64,000 nt of DNA from Candidatus Bathyarchaeota archaeon (GTDB lineage: Archaea > Thermoproteota > CALKCG01 > B24), in assembly GCA_021161255.1 (NCBI GenBank), contig JAGHAZ010000025.1, forward strand, positions 216-64,215. The letters are read 5' to 3'. The notes beneath the pieces are model-generated. The model searched no databases and was not told the DNA's origin. It saw nothing but the letters and a program-made list of their open reading frames with translations. This document shows positions 58,328-64,000 of the stretch, piece by piece. Every line of letters begins with the position of its first letter. Within the stretch, counting starts at the first letter, position 1. The position numbers were made by a program, and so were the translations under genes.

Positions 58328-59488
58328 TTAAACCTTTACCGAACGTTTAACATCGTCTTCGGCTTTTCTCATGAATTTCCTGGCGATAGCCGGGCATAAG
58401 AGAACCGTCGTTATCGCGAATACCACTGTAGTCGAGTATACCTCTTCGGTTAGTAAGCCGAGTTCCAGCCCTATCTTAGCCCCAGCTAAGATTAAACTAA
58501 GCCTTGCAGAGTGAAGGATGCCCATGGCTAAACCCGTATTCGTCGATAGGCCTAGAATTTTACCGATAACGACCACGCCTAGAAGCTTGCCTCCGACACC
58601 CATCGCTAGAAGGAGTAGTAGCATAGATAGCCATTCAGGCCTTATAAGCGCACGGACATTCACGGTCAAACCCACGGCTATGAAGAACAAAGGGATGAAA
58701 AAGCCGTATCCGAAGTCGGATAGACGTCCTTCCAGAGCACCTCCCTTTACCGTGAGCTCCGATACGATAAGCCCCGCGAGGAAAGACCCCAACACCATAT
58801 GGAAGCCTAAGATCTCGAAAACCACTGCAAGGAAGACTATCAATGCGAAACATAACCTAACCTCGTAGTCGAAGTGCTCTTTTTCACTAGACCATCGTTG
58901 CATCTTTTCAGAGACGTTGAGACTCCTCAGCGTCACCGGCAATATGAAAAGCGTTAACGCGAAGACGAGGGAAAACGCTAGGAGAGTCAGGGTCGTACCT
59001 CTTGAAACCTCTAGAGACAGTGTCAGAAGAAACATGCTGAAGGTGTCTACTAGGAATGCGGACTCTAGAGTCAGACGCTTGAAGTCATTATCATGGTTAA
59101 GGTCTTTTAACACAGGTAGAACAACACCTATCGAAGTAGTCGAAAGAAGAGTTCCGAGTAGCAGAGGGGGAACGTCTAAAAGCAAGCCTAAGAGAGCGCC
59201 TAGGAGAAAGGGCGTTATCAACGATCCTAGAGCCAGTAAAACGCTGCCCTTACGGAATTCCTTCACACCCATCTCTAACCCGGCTAGAAACATGAGATAC
59301 ATGAGACCAAAGTCGGCTAGAAAGTCCAACCACATGTCGTAGGATACGATGTTCAAAACAGATTTGCCGAGTATTATACCCGCCAACACTTCTAAGACTA
59401 TAACCGGTAGGTTGAACCTACGCGACGCGATATATGTAATGAACACGGCCGAAAGCATCAACGCAAGAGCGTATATCTGGGAAAGCAT
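58328..59488 (-). CDS. Monovalent cation:proton antiporter (CPA2/Kef/NapA-type Na+/H+ exchanger family)
   Basis: 386-aa protein with 11-13 TM helices. Sodium/hydrogen-exchanger family pattern, no regulatory domain. Confidence 0.6.
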   Translation of the reverse strand: MLSQIYALALMLSAVFITYIASRRFNLPVIVLEVLAGIILGKSVLNIVSYDMWLDFLADFGLMYLMFLAGLEMGVKEFRKGSVLLALGSLITPFLLGALLGLLLDVPPLLLGTLLSTTSIGVVLPVLKDLNHDNDFKRLTLESAFLVDTFSMFLLTLSLEVSRGTTLTLLAFSLVFALTLFILPVTLRSLNVSEKMQRWSSEKEHFDYEVRLCFALIVFLAVVFEILGFHMVLGSFLAGLIVSELTVKGGALEGRLSDFGYGFFIPLFFIAVGLTVNVRALIRPEWLSMLLLLLAMGVGGKLLGVVVIGKILGLSTNTGLAMGILHSARLSLILAGAKIGLELGLLTEEVYSTTVVFAITTVLLCPAIARKFMRKAEDDVKRSVKV

Positions 59489-59599
59489 AACAGCTCAACC
59501 TCCCTTCTAAACCAACATGAGGACTAATTCCCCGGTGGAAATCGAGGAGCAAGGATTACGTTCAGGTTCCCAAACCGCTTATGTCTTAGCTATGACTAC

Positions 59600-59992
59600 T
59601 CAGCTTTTACGCTCTATGAGAACCGCGTTCAATATGCCGTCGCAACCGGGTTTGCTAGTTATCCTTGCAACACCATATTCAGTTTCGACTAACGTGCCTT
59701 TAGTTATCACACCCCTCCGGTCATAGTCTCTGTTGGCAGGGTTCTTCAATACCCGGAGGATCTTGCATTTAACGGTCTTACCGGTCGTAGGGTCGCTTAG
59801 GTTTACTGCACTATCTTTAACAACCCTTATCTTGATGTTGCCTCCTCTAACCCGGTCTATTTTGATAACCCTCTCGCCAAGGGTGGTCTCCGTCGGATAT
59901 CCTCCACGTTCGTATTTTCTTCTTCCACGATAAGGACGGCTCTTTCCACCTGTTCTTTTACGCTTATGCAGGTCACTGTGCCAGTAAGCCAA
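59600..59992 (-). CDS. rps8e: 30S ribosomal protein S8e
   Basis: N-terminal HKRKRTGGK motif and a basic/glycine-rich sequence. 130 aa. Matches archaeal S8e. Confidence 0.8.
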   Translation of the reverse strand: MAYWHSDLHKRKRTGGKSRPYRGRRKYERGGYPTETTLGERVIKIDRVRGGNIKIRVVKDSAVNLSDPTTGKTVKCKILRVLKNPANRDYDRRGVITKGTLVETEYGVARITSKPGCDGILNAVLIERKS

Positions 59993-60116
59993 TAAACCAC
60001 CTTACTGAGAGGAATGTAGTGGATTTATTTAAACGTTAAGAAGGCTCTACCTTAAGCCATCGAGTTTACATGGTGTGTTAACGCTTTTAACCGGTTAACG
60101 GGGTATTGACGAAACG

Positions 60117-61457
60117 GTGTATGAGATGGATAAGAAGATCACGATAGTCGGTGCAGGCAGTCACTTCACGCTCGGGCTACTTGGAGACCTCTATAGGGTG
60201 AACGACCTATGGGGTAGTGAACTTATGCTCTACGATATCGACGAAGAGAGAGCTAGGGCCATGGAGAAGATAATCAGGAGAGACGTAGAGCATCGTGATG
60301 CAGACCTTAGTGTAAACGCTACGTCTGATAAGACCGAGGCTTTGGAGAACTCGGATTTCACCATTGTAGCAATAAGAGCCGGGGGTCTCAGGGCGCTTAG
60401 GAAGTTTTTAGAGATCCCGCTTAGACACGGGATTCTACAGGTCGTAGGCGACACAGTAGGGCCGAGTGGAATACTCAAGGGGCTGTTTGAAATACCTGCC
60501 ATCCTTGAGATAGCTGAAACTCTCGAAGACCTATCTCCTAAAGCACTTATGATAAACTTTACAAATCCCATGACACCGATATGCATGTCTGTTTTAAAAG
60601 CGACTAAGATAAAGACCGTGGGGTTATGTCATGGAGTCTACGACATCATACGGTTGGCTTCGAAACTCCTCGATCTAGAGTTCGATAAGATAAAGCTGGA
60701 GGCTGGTGGGATAAACCATTTGACCTGGGTCACGTCGATGAAATACGGTAAGACGGAGATTTTAGACGATTTTAACCGAGCTGTATTGGAGGGGAGACGG
60801 TGGGATATCATAAAGGCTCATCCATATATAGTCGGTAGACAACTTTTGAAAGCCTATAAGCATCCGGCTACGGCAAGCGACAGACACATCGCAGAGTTCT
60901 TCCACTACCTCTATGAATGGTTTAGAGACCCGGAGATAAGCAATATACTGAAAAAGATAAGCCGATACATAGACTATGAAAAACTAACCCTTTCTGATAA
61001 AATAATCGAAGATGCGGAGGCCCGGTGGAGATGGCTTCTTAGGGCTGCTAGGGGAGAAATACCCGTTGAGGTCAAGCCGTCTTACGAGTCAGCTATGGAT
61101 ATAATATCCTCGGTCGTCAATGATAAACGTAGAGAGCTTATCGCGGTCAATTTACCTAACGACTCCTACATAGACGAGGTGTCGGACGGGTACGTAGTAG
61201 AGGTCCCAGGAATAGTCGACGGAAACGGGGTGAGGGGTAAACCGATTGGAAGGCTCTCGACGCCTGTATCGACGATACTTAACATGCATCTCAAAAAGTT
61301 CGAACTCCTTGTGCAGGGTATATTAGAGGAGAGTAAAGACCTTGTTTTAGAGGCCATAGCTATAGACCCTTTAACTACGTCTCCGGAGAAAGCTGAGGTG
61401 ATTCTAAAAGAGTTTCTGGAAGAGGCTAGAGACCTATTGGCTATAGATCTGAAGTAG
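60117..61457 (+). CDS. Glycoside hydrolase family 4 (NAD+/Mn2+-dependent alpha-glucosidase/6-phospho-glycosidase)
   Basis: N-terminal Rossmann KITIVGAGSHFT, NFTNP motif and CHG motif (GLCHGV), all GH4 signatures. 446 aa. Confidence 0.7.
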   Translation: MYEMDKKITIVGAGSHFTLGLLGDLYRVNDLWGSELMLYDIDEERARAMEKIIRRDVEHRDADLSVNATSDKTEALENSDFTIVAIRAGGLRALRKFLEIPLRHGILQVVGDTVGPSGILKGLFEIPAILEIAETLEDLSPKALMINFTNPMTPICMSVLKATKIKTVGLCHGVYDIIRLASKLLDLEFDKIKLEAGGINHLTWVTSMKYGKTEILDDFNRAVLEGRRWDIIKAHPYIVGRQLLKAYKHPATASDRHIAEFFHYLYEWFRDPEISNILKKISRYIDYEKLTLSDKIIEDAEARWRWLLRAARGEIPVEVKPSYESAMDIISSVVNDKRRELIAVNLPNDSYIDEVSDGYVVEVPGIVDGNGVRGKPIGRLSTPVSTILNMHLKKFELLVQGILEESKDLVLEAIAIDPLTTSPEKAEVILKEFLEEARDLLAIDLK

Positions 61458-61460
61458 CGT

Positions 61461-62702
61461 TCAAACTTCTTTCTCCAGCTTATCCTTTACCTTCACCCAG
61501 ACAACGTTCGAGAGTGTTCTAACAGGTACACCGATAGACTCAGATATCTTCTTCAAATCTTCGTATTCAGGTTTAACCCTGACTAGACGACCTTCGAGGT
61601 CACGCGCTACCTTAACCCTGACTGAGAACTCAGCATCGTTTAGCCTTACCCTCACACTCTTGATCTCTCTGGAAACCACATATCTTGGAGCCTTCAAAAC
61701 CCGAACCCCTAAAGTACCCGTTTCCGTGAAAATCGCCTCCAAAACCTCGTCGAATTTCTCGAAGTCTGTTATGGCCTTCAACACGTAACCTGGCCTGTTC
61801 TTCTTAGTGGTGGACGGAATTATACAGACATCTCTGGCACCAGCTTTCATAAGTCTATCGACCGTATGACCCAGTACCTCACCGCTGACGTCATCTAGGT
61901 TTGTCTCTAATATATAGACCTCTTCGGCCACATACGGTAGTGGACTCTCACCATAGATGAGCCGTAGGATGTTAGGCAACCCAGGCAGGTCTTTGAAACC
62001 AGCACCATATCCGACTTTAAAAGGCTTGATTAGTGGAGGAGCGTAAACAGGCTCGTCTACAAGATTCACTAACACGGCTACGCCTGTCGGTGTGGCAAGT
62101 TCCCCTTCGACCGGGCCGCCTTTAAACGGATATCGTCGAGATTTAAGTATCTCAAGGGTCGCAGGCGCCGGGCTTACGAGATAGCCGTGTTCGGTTTTGA
62201 ACATACCTGAGCCTACGGCCACCGGGCTGCCGTAAACTTTGGCATCCTTGAATATGTTTAAGCGGTCTAAGGCCGACGCGATGCCTGCTATGTCGACCAG
62301 CGTATCCGGAGACGCCATCTCGTGAAGGTGGAGATGCTCGACGGGTTCATCGTGTATCATGCTCTCAGCCTTCAGAATCGTGTCGATGACCTTCATGGCA
62401 AAAACCTTCGCTTCACAACTTACCCCCATGGATTCTAAGGTCTTCTCCAACGCATTTCTAACCTCAAGCCCAGTTCTATGACGTTTGGAGTCTTCGATGT
62501 CTACCTTAAGAAAGCCCGCTCTGAACCCCTGTTTGCGGACCAGGTTATACGTGATGTTTAGATGTTCAACACCTTCCATGCTCTCTTTAATGGATTCGGA
62601 AAGCTTTCCAAGGTCTAATTCGGCCCCAAGGTTTAATAGAGCAGATAGCATCATATCTCCGGAGATCCCAGCTAGAGAGCAGTCGATGTATAAAACCTTC
62701 AT
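61461..62702 (-). CDS. larC: LarC-family nickel-pincer cofactor nickel insertase (DUF111/UPF0272)
   Basis: N-terminal MKVLYIDCSLAGISGDMMLSALLNLGA matches the LarC/DUF111 signature. 413 aa. Confidence 0.65.
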   Translation of the reverse strand: MKVLYIDCSLAGISGDMMLSALLNLGAELDLGKLSESIKESMEGVEHLNITYNLVRKQGFRAGFLKVDIEDSKRHRTGLEVRNALEKTLESMGVSCEAKVFAMKVIDTILKAESMIHDEPVEHLHLHEMASPDTLVDIAGIASALDRLNIFKDAKVYGSPVAVGSGMFKTEHGYLVSPAPATLEILKSRRYPFKGGPVEGELATPTGVAVLVNLVDEPVYAPPLIKPFKVGYGAGFKDLPGLPNILRLIYGESPLPYVAEEVYILETNLDDVSGEVLGHTVDRLMKAGARDVCIIPSTTKKNRPGYVLKAITDFEKFDEVLEAIFTETGTLGVRVLKAPRYVVSREIKSVRVRLNDAEFSVRVKVARDLEGRLVRVKPEYEDLKKISESIGVPVRTLSNVVWVKVKDKLEKEV

Positions 62703-62759
62703 GCCAGGTCGGTTAAACTATGTAAACAGGTTTTATTAAATATATCTTGGAGGGACATT

Positions 62760-63545
62760 ATGGAGGAGGTTTTAAGAAAACTAGCCAAAGGAAAGATATC
62801 TGTCGAAGAGGCTGTCAAGATGCTTAAACTATTCACCATCGAAAAAATCGGAGAATTCGCCCGGATAGACGTTGGCAGAGAGCTTAGGAGAGGGATTCCA
62901 GAGATCATACTCGCCGAGGGTAAAAACCTCGAAGAGCTTTCCGAAATTGTCCTGAGAAGCGTCGAAGTCGCGGGTCATGCGATAGTCAGTAGACTCGATG
63001 AGAAGACTATGGATAAGCTCATGGAGGAAGCCCGTAGAAGGGGGTTAAACGTCGAAGACCATAGGAAGGCCCGTATATTGGTCGTTAAGAAAAAACCTGG
63101 TAAGCGTGAAACCGGTGGCAGAGTCGGTGTGATAACGGCTGGAACCGCGGACATACTGGTCGCGGAGGAAGCGAGTGTCGTCGCCGAGGAGATGGGATGC
63201 AAGGTCTACAAGGTCTACGACGTAGGGGTGGCTGGATTGCATAGGGTGTTCGACGCGGTTAAAACAATGGTCGAGGCCGACGTAGATGTCCTGGTAGTGG
63301 TCGCAGGTAGGGAAGGCGCATTACCCTCCATCGTAGCCAGTCTAGTAGATATTCCTGTCATAGGTGTTCCGACTTCTCAAGGATATGGATTCGGAGGGCA
63401 AGGGGTCGCGGCGTTACAGTCGATGCTGCAATCCTGTCCTCTCGGGCTGACCGTGGTGAACATAGACGCTGGCGTAGCGGCTGGAGCTGTAGCGGCGTTA
63501 ATAGCTAACAGAGCCGCCTATAGAGCGGGAGCATCTCTAAAATAA
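62760..63545 (+). CDS. larB: LarB-like pyridinium-3,5-biscarboxylic acid mononucleotide synthase (PurE/AIR-carboxylase-related)
   Basis: C-terminal PurE-like fold (GVITAGTADILVAEE...VVVAGREGALPSIVASL..PVIGVPTS). N-terminal helical extension. Divergent from larC. Confidence 0.6.
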   Translation: MEEVLRKLAKGKISVEEAVKMLKLFTIEKIGEFARIDVGRELRRGIPEIILAEGKNLEELSEIVLRSVEVAGHAIVSRLDEKTMDKLMEEARRRGLNVEDHRKARILVVKKKPGKRETGGRVGVITAGTADILVAEEASVVAEEMGCKVYKVYDVGVAGLHRVFDAVKTMVEADVDVLVVVAGREGALPSIVASLVDIPVIGVPTSQGYGFGGQGVAALQSMLQSCPLGLTVVNIDAGVAAGAVAALIANRAAYRAGASLK

Positions 63546-63627
63546 ATTATATAATGATGTTATCGGAAATTGATATTCTGTGATTCTCCTTGAGCGGTGA
63601 AAAGCCCAAGATATGGATATATAGAGA

Positions 63628-64000
63628 CTATGAACGATGCAGCGGCTGTAGAAGATGCGAGATAGCCTGCTCGATCAGACACGAGGGTAAGATATGGCCT
63701 GAAGCCTCGAGGGTGAGGGTTTTCATGCCTATACCCGGTCTCGAAATACCTCATCTATGTACCCAATGCCCCGATTACCCCTGTGTCGAAGCATGTCCTT
63801 TCGACGCCTTATCTGTCGATAAAGACACCGGAGCGGTCATAGTGGATAGGGATAAATGCACTGGATGTGGAAAGTGTATAGAAGCCTGTCCGGGTCGGAT
63901 TCCGTTCATACATCCGAGGGACGGTTACGCGGTTATATGCGACCTCTGCGGAGGCGAGCCTGAATGCGTTAGGGTTTGCATGGAGGCAGGATACAATGCC
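63628..64000 (+). CDS. 4Fe-4S dicluster ferredoxin-domain protein, partial (runs off the window end). The start is unresolved.
   Basis: The in-frame translation gives CSGCRRCEIAC, then CTQCPDYPCVEACP, CTGCGKCIEACP and CDLCGGEPECVRVC. The frame opens at 63601 after a TGA, and no ATG/GTG/TTG precedes the first Cys cluster. Confidence 0.5.

Overview
Archaeal chromosomal segment of about 50% GC, tightly packed with genes. The informational gene set (short crenarchaeal-type XPF, TFB, Gar1, SRP19, S8e, fibrillarin, RNase HII, Trm1, B-family DNA polymerase, Cdc48, A1AO ATP synthase) points to a TACK-like archaeon. In window order, the content is:

- A branched-chain amino-acid ABC transporter operon (livJ-H-M-G-F).
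- An XPF nuclease gene and a tRNA-Gly(CCC).
- A small sugar-isomerase/hydrolase islet, followed by moaC and a Zn-dependent alcohol/threonine dehydrogenase.
- The A-type ATP synthase split into two convergent halves. atpF-H-E-A-B-D-C lies on the + strand. atpK and atpI lie on the - strand.
- A complex-I-like membrane-arm cluster (nuoA-H-J1-J2-K plus three antiporter-like subunits), directly upstream of and co-directional with atpI-atpK. It has no nuoB/C/D/I genes in cis. A divergent FpoF/FrhB-like F420/flavin plus 2x[4Fe-4S] subunit sits next to it.
- Two tandem PhoU-TrkA_C regulators beside an MgtE/SLC41-like transporter, with tldD-pmbA divergent from the transporter.
- A V4R-domain protein, an alpha/beta hydrolase and an aldo/keto reductase.
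- An overlapping operon dph5(long)-ribL-ribK-nfi.
- Translin-like, cdc48, hsp20, a Gfo/Idh/MocA oxidoreductase, taw1, a Nop2/Sun methyltransferase and polB.
- An eIF2B-family protein, a YkgJ-like protein, flpA-rnhB-trm1, a TFE-beta-like winged-helix protein, tfb-gar1 and srp19.
- A CPA2 antiporter, rps8e, a GH4 glycosidase, larC/larB and a partial ferredoxin.

No CRISPR array, integrase or transposase was seen. The most unusual points are the fused nuo-like membrane-arm and atpIK transcription unit lacking a Q-module, the PhoU/RCK-MgtE-TldDE locus, the extended diphthine synthase operon, and several start-codon anomalies.
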